A DNA stretch of 63,979 nt, filler included, from Octopus bimaculoides (taxonomy: Eukaryota): assembly GCF_001194135.2 (NCBI RefSeq). It is 3 parts of 3 records of this genome, joined end to end, with 100 filler letters (N's around TTAATTAATTAA, not from the genome) between each part and the next. Parts side by side here need not be neighbours in the genome. Positions count along the whole stretch, not along the records: positions 24,921 to 39,501 come from NC_068997.1; 2 more parts are not named here. One strand, written 5' to 3'. The notes beneath the pieces were generated by a model that searched no databases, was not told the origin of the DNA, and saw only the letters and a program-made list of their open reading frames with translations. The position numbers and the translations under genes are program-made. Positions 25,330 to 36,439 of the stretch are shown here, in pieces (position 1 is the stretch's first letter; each line of letters begins with the position of its first letter).

Positions 25330-28300
25330 TACACGACACTGCTTTCCCCCATCCCAGGGTCACACGGGCCTACTCCTCTGTCACCCACTCCTCCCACACT
25401 GTCAGGATTGGCACTCTCAACGTTGGCACGTTGAAAGGTAGGTCTGGTGAGATTGTTGAGATACTTGAACGGTGACGCGTAGATCTGTGCTGCATCCAAG
25501 AAGGAAGATGGAGAGGAGGTTCTGCCAGATTCCTCACAGGCAAAGAACACAGGTACAAGATTTTCTGGGCAGCGAACACTGACGGGATCAGGGGCGTAGG
25601 AATACATCTAGCAGAGAAATGGGTTGATAAGGTAATCAATGTAGTTAGAGTATGTGACAGAGTACTTAAGATTAGACTCTAGCTTCATCATAGGTTAGCT
25701 ACTGTCATCTCGGCCTATGCCCCTCAACCGGGGCTACCGGACGGGTTGAAAGACCAATTCTATGACACTCTCTTGCAAACTACCTCGTCGACGAGTGACA
25801 GGGACCTTCTCTTTGTGGCTGGTGACTTCAATGGTCATGTTGGACGTCATGCTGGAGGCTTCCATGGCATACATGGAGGCTATGGCTTCGGTTCCTGCAA
25901 CGAGGAGGGAACCAGACTGCTGGAGTTCTGTGATGCAACCGATCTTATGGTTTGCAATACCAACTTCAGGAAACCTGTCTGTCACCTAGTCACCTACCGA
26001 TCCCGTAGATACTCTAGCCAAATCGACTACATCCTCGCCAGAAATAGGGAAAGAGGGCGGCTTATAAATGCCAAAACCTTTGCTGGCAAAGAATGTACCC
26101 CTCAACACAGATTAGTAGTTAGCGACTTCGGGATCAAGGCAAAATGGGTGCCCAGAAGTAGACCGGCCTGGAGGAGAAGGGTGTGGAAGCTTAAAGACCC
26201 TGCAAATGGACGGAGATTTAGAGACAGGTTACTCGAAGCATTTGACGAAATAGAAGGTGATATAGCATCATACAACGTGGAAGACAATTGGAGATTTCTG
26301 CGGGACAACCTGCTGAGAGCCACTGACCAGATATGTGGCTGGTGTAAAGTCCCCTCTCAACCCAGAGTAACGTGGTAGTGGAACAAGGAGGTAGACGGGG
26401 CTATTAGACAAAAGAAACAGGCTTGGAAGGACTGGAAGAAGGGTGGTAGCAGGGAATTGTACCAATGTGCCAGAAGGGAAGCTAGGCGACAGGTTTATTT
26501 AGCCAGAGGGAAAGCAGATAAGAAAAGATTTGCCAATGTTCTGCGCCATGAGGACCAAAGACTTGAGGTATTTCGTGTTGCAAGACAGTGTAGGAGAGAA
26601 ATGTGTTCGCATGGATGATGGTACGCTTGCACTAAATGAGGGNNNNNNNNNNNNNNNNNNNNNNNNNNNNNNNNNNNNNNNNNNNNNNNNNNNNGTCTGG
26701 AGATGCCACTACAATAGATTGCTATTGAGCAATCTATTGTAGTGGCATCTCCAGACCTCTTTCTTTACATCCTCATTTAGTGCACTAAATGAGGGACCAG
26801 CTATCTGAGCTGACAGTACCATGGTAGACAAAGCAATTAAGAGTATGAAGACAGGGAAATCCCCCACCCCATCAGGAATCACTGCAGAGATGCTCAAAAT
26901 ATCTGGCAGTGTCGGCTATAGCCTAGTCACCCGTATTACGAACCAGGTGATACATGAAGGAGTCATGCCCAACGACTGGTGTAGCAGGACCATAGTCAAC
27001 TGCTACAAAGGTATAGGTGATGCTCTAGATACAAATAACTACAGAGGCATCAAGCTGTTAGATCAGGTAATGAAAGTTATGGAGAGGGTCATAGCCCAAC
27101 TAATCAGGGAGTGAATCAATTTAGATGAGATGCAGTTTGGGTTCGTGCCAGGTAAAAGCACCACTGATGCCATATTTCTGGTAAGACAGCTGCAGGAGAA
27201 ATACCTAGCCAAGGATAAACCTCTGTACCTGGCTTTCGTTGACATGGACAAAGCCTTTGACAGGGTTCCCCGATCCCTTATCTGGTGGTCAATGAGGAAA
27301 CTTGGGATAGAAGAATGGTTAGTGAGAGCTGTGCGAGCCATGTACAGAGATGCTGCCAGTAAGGTGAGGGTTGGAAATGAGTACAGTAATAAATACCGGG
27401 TAGAGGTAGGGGTCCACCAAGGTTCTGTTCTCAGCCCCTTCCTATTTATCATAGTCCTCCAGGCGATCACAGAGGAATTCAAGACAGGTTGCCCCTGGGA
27501 GCTCCTCTATGCTGATGACCTTGCACTAATTGCTGAGTCACTATCAGAACTAGAGGAGAAGTTTCAGGTGTGGAAGCAAGGACTAGAATCAAAGGGCCTT
27601 AAAGTCAACCTAGCTAAAACCAAAATCCTAATAAGTAGGAAGGTAAATAAAACACAAACCCCTTCAGGTAGATGGCCCTGCTCAGTATGTAGAAAAGGTG
27701 TAGGAAGTAACTGTATANNNNNNNNNNNNNNNNNNNNNNNNNNNNNNNNNNNNNNNNNNNNNNNNNNNNNNNNNNNNNNNNNNNNNNNNNNNNNNNNNNN
27801 NNNNNNNNNNNNNNNNNNNNNNNNNNNNNNNNNNNNNNNNNNNNNNNNNNNNNNNNNNNNNNNNNNNNNNNNNNNNNNNNNNNNNNNNNNNNNNNNNNNN
27901 NNNNNNNNNNNNNNNNNNNNNNNNNNNNNNNNNNNNNNNNNNNNNNNNNNNNNNNNNNNNNNNNNNNNNNNNNNNNNNNNNNNNNNNNNNNNNNNNNNNN
28001 NNNNNNNNNNNNNNNNNNNNNNNNNNNNNNNNNNNNNNNNNNNNNNNNNNNNNNNNNNNNNNNNNNNNNNNNNNNNNNNNNNNNNNNNNNNNCTGTGACT
28101 GCTGAGGACATGCGTAAGCTCATAAGGAATGAAGCCAGTATGCTCCGATGGATGTGTAATGTCAGTGTGCATACCCGACAGAGTGTAAGTATCTTGAGAG
28201 AAAAGCTGAACATAAGAAGCATCAGTTGTGGTGTGCAAGAGAGACGATTGTGCTGGTATGGACAAGTGGTGAGAATGGATGAGGATAGTTGCGTGAAAAA

Positions 28301-29057
28301 GTACCACACACTAGCGGTTGAGGGAACCCGTGGAAGAGGCAGGCCTAGGAAGACCTGGGCTGAGGTGGTGAGGCAAGACCTCTGAACATTAGGCCTCACC
28401 GAGGCAATGACTTCTGACCGAGACCTTTGGAATAATTGCTGTGCGTGAGAAGACCCGACAGGCCAAGTGAGACCAAAATCCAAGGCCTCTGCCAGGGATG
28501 TAGCCAGCCCACTTATGCGTAACATTCCTTTATTGNNNNNNNNNNTGGCACATGAAAAGTCATTCGAGCGAGATCGTTGCCAGTGCCACTGGACTGGCTC
28601 CTGTGCAGGTGACACGTAAAATACACCATTTCGAGTGTGGTCGTGGGTCGTTACCAACGTTGCCTTCCTGGCACTTGTGCCAGTGGCATGTGAAAAGACA
28701 TTCGAGCAAGATCATTGCCAGTGCCGATGGACTGGCTCCTGTGCAGGTGACATGTAATACACCATTTTGAGCATGGCCTCTGCCAGTAAGACATCCGAGC
28801 GAGATCGTTGCCAGTGCCGATGGACTGGCTCCTGTGCAGGTGGCACGTAAAATACACCATTTTGAGTGTGGCCGCCCTCGTGCCAGTGGCACGTAAAAGC
28901 ACCCACTACATTGTCGAAGTGGTTGGCGTTAGGAAGGGCATCCAGCTGTAGAAACTCTGCCAAATCAGATTGGAGCCTGGTGTCGCCTCCTGGTCCACCA
29001 ATCGTCAGTCAAATCGTCCAACCCATGCTAGCATGGAAAGCGGATGTACAACGACGT
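25330..29057 (+). mobile_element. RTE-clade LINE, near full length, inactivated
   Basis: AP endonuclease motifs IGTLNVGTL, CCIQE, SAYAPQ, VAGDFNGHVG, QIDYIL and QHRLVV. RT motifs NYRGIKLL, QFGF, AFVDMDKAFDRV, GVHQGSVLSP and LLYADDL. C-terminal RGRGRPRKTW, then a 3' UTR. Several in-frame stops and deletions; two N gaps in the coding region plus a 10-N gap in the 3' UTR. Confidence 0.95.
28546..28900 (+). repeat. Tandem ~85-bp units (three copies) in the RTE 3' region
   Basis: The unit cattcgagcgagatcgttgccagtgcc..tggactggctcctgtgcaggtg.cacgtaaaatacaccatt starts near 28559, 28698 and 28790. Confidence 0.85.
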
Positions 29058-29289
29058 TATATTTTTGATGTTCATAAGCAGTTTTTTTTATATAAGATTA
29101 TTATTCATTTACTTATTATGTGTATACAATGTAAAATATTGGAAAATATCTTGCTTTCGATATTATTCATTTACTTATTTGTATAAAAGTACTTCCTTAC
29201 TTAAATAAAATATTTGAAAAGTCATGCTTTCGATTTCTACTCACCTGTCTTTCTTTTATTAGATTACTTATCAATTACTTAGGGGATAA

Positions 29290-29388
29290 CATAACTTTAA
29301 AAAAGGAAAATAATTTGCTCAATGTGGCCTCTATGAAGGATGATGAATTGTAATGTGGCCTTCATGCACAAAAACGTTCCCCATCCCT
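29290..29388. mobile_element. Possible hAT-type MITE end
   Basis: Ends in aatgtggcc..aaaaacgttccccatccctg (reverse complement CAGGG.TGGGGAAC), a common hAT terminal pattern. The partner end was not found. Confidence 0.35.
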
Positions 29389-29857
29389 GTGTTTGATGGT
29401 TCGACTGGGACTGGTAAGCCAGGGAGCTGTATCAGGCTCCAGTCTGATTTGACTCGGTCTCTATAGCTGAATGCCTTTTGTAATGCCAACTACTCCAAGA
29501 GTGTAGTGGGGACCTTTCATGTGTTACCAGCACGAGTGCCTTTTACTGTGATTTCACAGCAAATGTGTCTTCTCAAGCACAGCAAATCACCAAAGATTTC
29601 AATCACCTGTCATCGCCTTCATGAGACACAAATTCAAAGAACATGCTTCACCACAGTCTCATGTCTTCCTGGGTCTACTTCTTCCATAGTTTCCCTCCAT
29701 AGTTAGAGATTGGCATTTCTTTATGCAGCTGTCCTCATGCATGTACATCATATGACCATACAGGCAATCTTTTGTCTTGCACATCACATCTGATGCCTTT
29801 TATACCCAATTTTATCTCTCAAAACACTTACACTCTGTTGCATGTTCACACTGATAC

Positions 29858-29860
<3 letters not shown>
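29389..29860 (-). mobile_element. RTE LINE 3' fragment, opposite orientation to the main copy
   Basis: Reverse complement encodes YGHMMYMHEDSCIKKCQSLTMEGNYGRSRPRKT and carries the same 3' UTR (gttggcattacaaaaggcattcagctatag, aaatcagactggagcctg). Confidence 0.8.
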
Positions 29861-29888
<28 letters not shown>

Positions 29889-30109
29889 AGTATGCACATA
29901 CGACAGAGTAGGTGTTTTGAGAGATAATCTAGTCCATTACGCAGTCACTCCACCACAAACATACTATCACAGACACACTTTACACCCATTTTCTCTTCAG
30001 CAAACCAAACACAATACAGACTTTCCACAACAATCCACTTACTACAACCATTTTTTAAACTTAAATCAGAGAAACAGAGATGTGAAAGGGAATGAAATGT
30101 ACAAGAACA

Positions 30110-32480
30110 ACCAAAAATAATCAACTTATCAAAGAAAATTCTAAGTATTACACAAACTAAAATTCTAGCAAGAGGTTTAAAGATTACTCCAACCCCTTGC
30201 AGATCGAACCCAAATGAAATTAAGAATAACACTGGATTTCTGCTGAAAATTACGCCTCACAGAAGCACTTCTCAACTATACCAGCGAAGATGACTCAATA
30301 GTAAAAAACAAAAGTGAATACTGACCTACAAAAGGCAGAAATAAAGCACTTGATGCTTTTTGTGAACACATTACCAGTTTTCCTTTTAATACCCTACAAA
30401 AACAACGAATTAAATCCAACCTTAATGTAAATGAATGGAAAGACCTAATCGAGTTAAAAAAGTGCGGTAGTGGTGATGGACACAGAGTACTACAAAAATT
30501 TTATACTCTCCATGTTGGAAAATAATATTTGCTATGAGAAGATAGTACAATACAACCCACAGAAGACACTTAAAAACTTATCCTCCTTACTTCAAATACA
30601 TGGAAAGGGCCTCATTAAACATGAAATTGACTATCCAATTTTAAATACAGACCTAGTCTATTCTACGGATTACCTAAAATACACAAAAATCTACATATTT
30701 GTAAAGCTTGAAAAGTTTCTCCAAGCCTATGCACTAATGTTTCCCCACCTACTGACCTCAAACTGAGACCCATCATTGCTGGCCCTGCTTGTGAAACCCA
30801 GCGTTTGAGCAACTTCCTTGACATCTTACTCGAACCATTCTTAAAATATGTAGAAAGCTTCATCGGGGATGACTTTGACATGCATAACCACCTCCTGAAG
30901 ACAATAATTGAAGGAACCCTGTTAGTATCATTCGATGTGGTGGATTTGTACACCAATATTCCACATGATTATGGTACAGAAGCAATCACCTTCTGGCTAG
31001 AAAATTACCCAGAAGAGATCCCAGGGCGCATCAACCACAGATTCATAATTACAGCACTCACATTCATCCTACTGAACAACTATTTCATGTTCGATACAGT
31101 TTACTATTGACAAAAATGTGGAATTGCAATGGGAACCCGAGCTGCTCCAGTGATTGTGAACCTTGTAATGGGATACTTAGAGCTTAAAATATACCAATCA
31201 TCACTACAAAAATATGGCACCTCATTTCATTGCTATTTAAAGGAGAACTGGAAGAGGTATTTGGACAATTGCTTTATACTTTGGAAAGACAGCATGGACA
31301 AACTCCTTGATTTCAAAATAATGCTTAACAATATTAATAGCAACATACAATTCACCATGGAGCACAGCAGTAAACAACTCCCTTTTCTTGACATCCTAAT
31401 TAAAATAGTCAATAACCACATCGAAACAGACATCTTCTATAAACCCACAGATTCTAAACAATACCTATTATTCAACTCATGCCACCCCAAACACATAGAA
31501 ATAAACATACCTTATAATCTAGAAAAAAAAAGAATCTGTACCATAGTTTCGGACACCTGTACTCGTGAACGAAGACTCCTTGAACTCAGATCAATACTAA
31601 TCAAAAGACATTACCCAATATCATTAATAAATAATGGTATTAAACGACTTAAGGAAATAGATATATGAACATTAAGGGAAGTCAACTGAAATACTACACC
31701 AGACTTAAAAATACTCCCATACATCTACACACATAACCCTAGAAACAACGAAGCCTTCAACATTATCATCCAAAATCTAACCATCCTCACAGGGGATAAA
31801 ACAATGAACAAAATTTTAGGCTCACACAAAATTAACAAAAGCAAAATGCAACCTAAATCATTGAAAAAAATATTAATCAGCGCAAGACTATATCCATCAA
31901 CAACGGAACCAAAAGTGAAAAATTGTGGTCGACCTAACTGTGGTACATGCCCCCACCTTTTGGAGGATTCAGAGTTCCACTTTAAACAAGGTGAAATATT
32001 TAAGATTAAAGGAATATCACTCCGTCGAAGAACCAATCTCCACAAAGAACAAATCCGTCACCCACAATACAGACAGGTACAAGTCAATGAACAAATAGAA
32101 AGGTGTGCTAGGAATCTTAATCCTAATTTCCTAAATTTCCCCATCTATCAGTGTTCACAGAACAACTCAGTACAACAAAGAATGAATAAAGAGGCAACTT
32201 TCATCAATAAATATCTTCCACAACTCAATATGAACACAAAACATAATGCAGAACACTACTAATCTTTCAATTAATACTACTAACCCCATACATCCCATAC
32301 ACCATTCACATTACAGATCTAGATCTACCCTAATTGCACCAGATCTAGAACTACTTACCTCCCTTACACATAATCTTTTTACTCGGGGACTAGTAGACCT
32401 GACACCGTTCAGTAATCGGTGTGCATTCAAAGCAATGATTAATAATTTTACGAAACCGGTATGCTTTTGAATCTCTTTAA
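30110..32480 (+). mobile_element. Penelope-like element (RT plus truncated GIY-YIG), inactivated
   Basis: IINLSKKILSITQTKILARGLKITPTP; RPIIAGPACET; LVSFDVVDLYTNIPH; GIAMGTRAAP; WKRYLDNCF; IQFTME, LPFLDI, DIFYKPTD, SCHPKH; zinc motif CGRPNCGTCPH; HKEQIRHP; EATFINKYLPQLN. Confidence 0.92.
32426..32471 (+). ncRNA. Decayed minimal type I hammerhead ribozyme in the PLE 3' UTR
   Basis: Stem I ttcaaagca/tgcttttgaa; core atgatta (two changes from CUGAUGA); stem II ata-attt-tac; GAAA; palindromic stem III accggt; GUA cleavage triplet. Confidence 0.65.
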
Positions 32481-32670
32481 CAATTCACAATAATGACTTT
32501 TATTACTTTCATTTCTACCTCAGTTCATCCAGTTGCATATACTTATTGTTACTTTTCATAAAAAGTCTAAACTGTTTTTGATTTCTAATGTGCATTTTCG
32601 TTTATTTTTCTTCTAACTTTCCCCTTACATTTCCACGTGTAGTTTCTATTTTCTATTTGCAACATATTTC

Positions 32671-32706
<36 letters not shown>

Positions 32707-32867
32707 ACGGTGTACCTATACATATGATTAATATATAGTCTATTGACTAGTTTTCTACATGCTAGGCCACTGGTAGTAGTCTCCTTTAGAGAGACTTAGA
32801 AATATAAATATTTCTATAAATAATATATATATATAATATAAATATTATATATATATATATATTATAT

Positions 32868-33017
32868 TTGGCTCCTGTGCAGGTGACACATAAAACACAC
32901 CATTTCGAGCATGGCCGTTGATTGTTACCAACATTGCCTTCCTGGCACTTGTGCCAGTGACACGTGAAAAGACATTCGAGCGAGATTGTTGCCAGTGCCA
33001 ATGGACTGGCTCCTGTG
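32868..33017 (+). repeat. Detached copy of the RTE 3'-region tandem unit
   Basis: Nearly collinear with 28605-28745. Confidence 0.85.
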
Positions 33018-33620
33018 ATGCATCATTTCACATGCACATTGTCAAGTTGACAGCAAAGTGCAGATAACTGGCAGGGTGGATACTGTGGACATTCCGAACA
33101 AGGGATCAAAAAGTCATGTTGACTCTATAGAAGACATTTGTTCTGAGCCGCCTAGACTATTGCACTCAGTTGTGGTCACCACACAGTGTCAAGTGGACAG
33201 CAGAACTCGAGGCAATTCAGCATCACTATACAAAAAAGATTGCCACAGTCCAGCAGATGAACTACAGGGAGCGACTGAAGGCACTAGGTCTCTACTCCCT
33301 GGAGCGCAGGTGGGAGAGATATGTAATAATTTACATATGGAAAATACTGGAAGGACTGGTACCAAACTTTAGCATCAAGTACTACACGAATGCCCACACA
33401 GGTCGCCACTGCATGGTACCAAGGGAACCATCCACTACATCTCACATAAGAACAAGTTACTGCAACAGCCTCGATTTCAGAGGACCACAGCTCTTTAATG
33501 CCCTGCCAAAATGGACAGTGAAGACCCTGCACACTGTGCTCAGGCTCAGGAGGACCAAACGGATCACCAAGACAAGGCAGATGCCACCAGTGCTGTAGCC
33601 ACTGATGAGGGATGCAATGA
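33018..33620 (+). mobile_element. CR1-group LINE, C-terminal fragment
   Basis: FVLSRLDYCTQLWSPHSVKWTAELEAIQ, YRERLKALGLYSLERRWERYVIIYIWKILEGLVPN, FRGPQLFNALPK. Confidence 0.85.
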
Positions 33621-33846
33621 CCATGGTGAATACAGCCAACGCTGCACCACAAACGACAAAGACAGGGGAACAGACAAGAAGACGGTAAACACAAATAGGC
33701 TTCAAGCCCAAACACGTCACACAGAGAAAAAGAAAAAGAAACAGATNNNNNNNNNNNNNNNNNNNNNNNNNNNNNNNNNNNNNNNNNNNNNNNNNNNNNN
33801 NNNNNNNNNNNNNNNNNNNNNNNNNNNNNNNNNNNNNNNNNNNNNN

Positions 33847-33887
<41 letters not shown>

Positions 33888-34079
33888 CTATATAGATATA
33901 GATATATGTAATATATATATATATTATATGTAATATATATATATATATATATTATATGAAATATATATATATTATATATGTGATATATATATATATTATA
34001 TATGTAATATATATATATATTATATATGTAATATATATATATATATTATATATGTAATATATATATATATTATATATGA

Positions 34080-34580
34080 GTGTGGGTTAGGCTGAGGGTG
34101 GGGGTAGAGGTAGAGGTATGTGGGGTAGGTAGAGGGGGTGGGTGTAAGGAATTGGATGGGTGGAGTGGGAAGGTAGAGTAGGAGTGTGTTGGGGTGGGGT
34201 GCGATGAGCTTATGAGGGAGGGTTGACGATGAAGGGGGAAGGGGAATGTGGATATAAGAGAGGGGGAAGGTGGGTATGGGAGGAGGGAGAAAGAGAGGAA
34301 GAGAAAGAGAGTGAGAGAGAGAGAGAAAGAGAGAAGAGAGTGAGAGAGAAGAGAGTGAGAGAGAGTAAAAGTGAGAGAGGGGAGAGTAAGAGAGAAGAGA
34401 GTGAGAGAGTAAGAGAGAGGAGAGAAAGAGTAGGGGTGAAGAGAAGTAGGAGTGAAGAGAAGTAGGAATGACGAGAAGTAGCAGTGAAGAGAGGTAGGAG
34501 TGAAGAGAGGTGAAGAGACATACAGAGAAGTAGGAGTCGGAGCAGGAGGGGGAGGTGGGTGGGAGGAGAGGAGAGAGATT
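34080..34580 (+). repeat. Purine-rich (G/A) low-complexity tract upstream of the hammerhead
   Basis: Read directly. Probably part of a PLE terminal repeat or UTR (inference). Confidence 0.75.
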
Positions 34581-34606
34581 GTCTTATGGTTAAGTTGGTT
34601 CTTATG

Positions 34607-34698
34607 TATTTCCCTGAAGAGAAGATTACATCTTTATCAACATCACTCATTCCTTTGGAAGTAACCACTTGTAATCTTCGAAACATATGTCGGAAATA
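34607..34698 (+). ncRNA. Type I hammerhead ribozyme with intact core
   Basis: Stem I tatttcc (34607-13)/ggaaata (34692-98); CUGAAGA at 34614-20; stem II gaagattaca/tgtaatcttc (10 bp, 39-nt loop); GAAA at 34680-83; palindromic stem III acatatgt; GUC triplet with predicted cleavage after 34691. Confidence 0.9.
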
Positions 34699-35289
34699 AA
34701 AGAATTCATTTAACATATGCCTATTACTCCATTTATTAAATTTTATATTTACTCAAATACCCCAACTAACAAGGAGTTGCTACCTCATAAACAGGAGTTA
34801 CACCACAGTCATTTTGTGATCTTTGCTACCCTGGTATCTATTAACCAATTTATTTTGTCGGACTTAATTGTTAACTAAGAGAAAATTAATACATATAGTC
34901 AAATATATATATATATATATTATATACGTCATATATATATATATATATATATTATATATGTAATATATATATGTATATTATATATGTAATATATATATAT
35001 ATATATGTAATATNNNNNNNNNNNNNNNNNNNNNNNNNNNNNNNNNNNNNNNNNNNNNNNNNNNNNNNNNNNNNNNNNNNNNNNNNNNNNNNNNNNNNNN
35101 NNNNNNNNNNNNNNNNNNNNNNNNNNNNNNNNNNNNNNNNNNNNNNNNNNNNNNNNNNNNNNNNNNNNNNNNNNNNNNNNNNNNNNNNNNNNNNNNNNNN
35201 NNNNNNNNNNNNNNNNNNNNNNNNNNNNNNNNNNNNNNNNNNNNNNNNNNNNNNNNNNNNNNNNNTATATATATATATATATATATATA

Positions 35290-35355
35290 TCATCACCATC
35301 GTTTAACATCCGCTTTCCATGCTAGCATGTGTTGGACGATTTGATTGAGGACTGG
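35290..35355 (-). mobile_element. RTE-type 3' tail fragment with (GAT)n tail
   Basis: Reverse complement cagtcctcaatcaaatcgtccaacacatgctagcatggaaagcggatgttaaacgatg matches 29005-29055. Confidence 0.85.
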
Positions 35356-35392
35356 TATATTGTATATGTAATATATATATATATTATGTATG

Positions 35393-36435
35393 CTAGTTGT
35401 TGGACCAGGTAATGAAGGTCATGGAGAGTGTCATAGCCCAACTAATTAGGGAGAGAGTCAGTTTAGATGAGATGCAGTTTGGGTTTGTGGCTGGGAAAAG
35501 CACCACTGATGCTATATTTCTGGTAACAGAGCTGCAGGAGAAATACCTAGCCAAAGATAAACCTCTGTACCTGGCTTTCGTTAACATGGAGAAAGCCTTT
35601 GACAGGGTCCCCCGATCCCGAGTCTGGTGGTGTATGAGGAAACTAGGGATAGATGAGTGGTTAGTGAGAGCTGTGCAAGCCATGTACAGGGACGCTGTCA
35701 GTAAGGTGAGGGTTGGCAACAAGTACAGTGACGAATTCCGGGTGGAGGTAAGGGTCCACCAAGGTTCAGTCCTCATCCCCCTCCTATTTATCATAGTTCT
35801 CTAGAAAATAACACAGGAATTCAAGATGGGATACTCCTGGGAGCTCCTCTATGCTGATGACCTTGCCCTAATTGCTGAGTCACTATCAGAACTAGATGAG
35901 AGGATTCAGGTAAGGGAGCAAAGACTAGAATCGAAAGGCCTTAGAGTCAACCTAGCTAAAACCAAAGTCCTAATAAGTAGGAAGGTTGAAAAAATACAAA
36001 CCCCTTCAGGTAGATGGCCCTGCTGAATCTGTAGAAAAGGTGTAGGTAGAAACTCCATAAGATGTACCCAGTGTAAGCTATGGATACACAAGAGGTGCAG
36101 CAATATCAAAGGAAGGCTGACTAGAAAGATAGTTTTTGTATGTGGTAGATGCTCAGGAGCAATAAACACTGAAAATGTGCAGAAAACCTTTGCCACACTC
36201 CAGGGAGAAACACTAGAAGTAGTTGATAGCTTCCGCTACCTAGGTGACCATGTTTGTAGCGGGGGAGGGTGCACTGAAAGTGTAGCTGCTAGAATAATTA
36301 TAGCTTGGACAAAGTTTAGAGAGCTCTTATCTCTGCTGGTGACAAAGGGCCTCTCACTCAGAGTTAAAGGCAGACTGTATGATTCATGTGTACGAACAAC
36401 CATGCTACATAGCAGTGAAACATGGGCCGTAACAT
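35393..36435 (+). mobile_element. RTE LINE, second RT copy, truncated at both ends
   Basis: Same family as 25330-29057: QFGFVAGKSTTDAIF, KAFDRVPR, VHQGSVL, LLYADDL, FRYLG, LYDSCVRTTMLHSSETW. Confidence 0.93.
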
Positions 36436-36439
36436 GGTA

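Noticed and set aside
28546-28900. CRISPR-like repeat-spacer appearance
   Set aside because: The units are long, diverged and overlapping, the spacers are not unique, the context is a eukaryotic LINE, and there are no cas genes.
33595-33640. ctgatgag as a hammerhead core
   Set aside because: There is no paired stem II followed by GAAA and no stem I or III.
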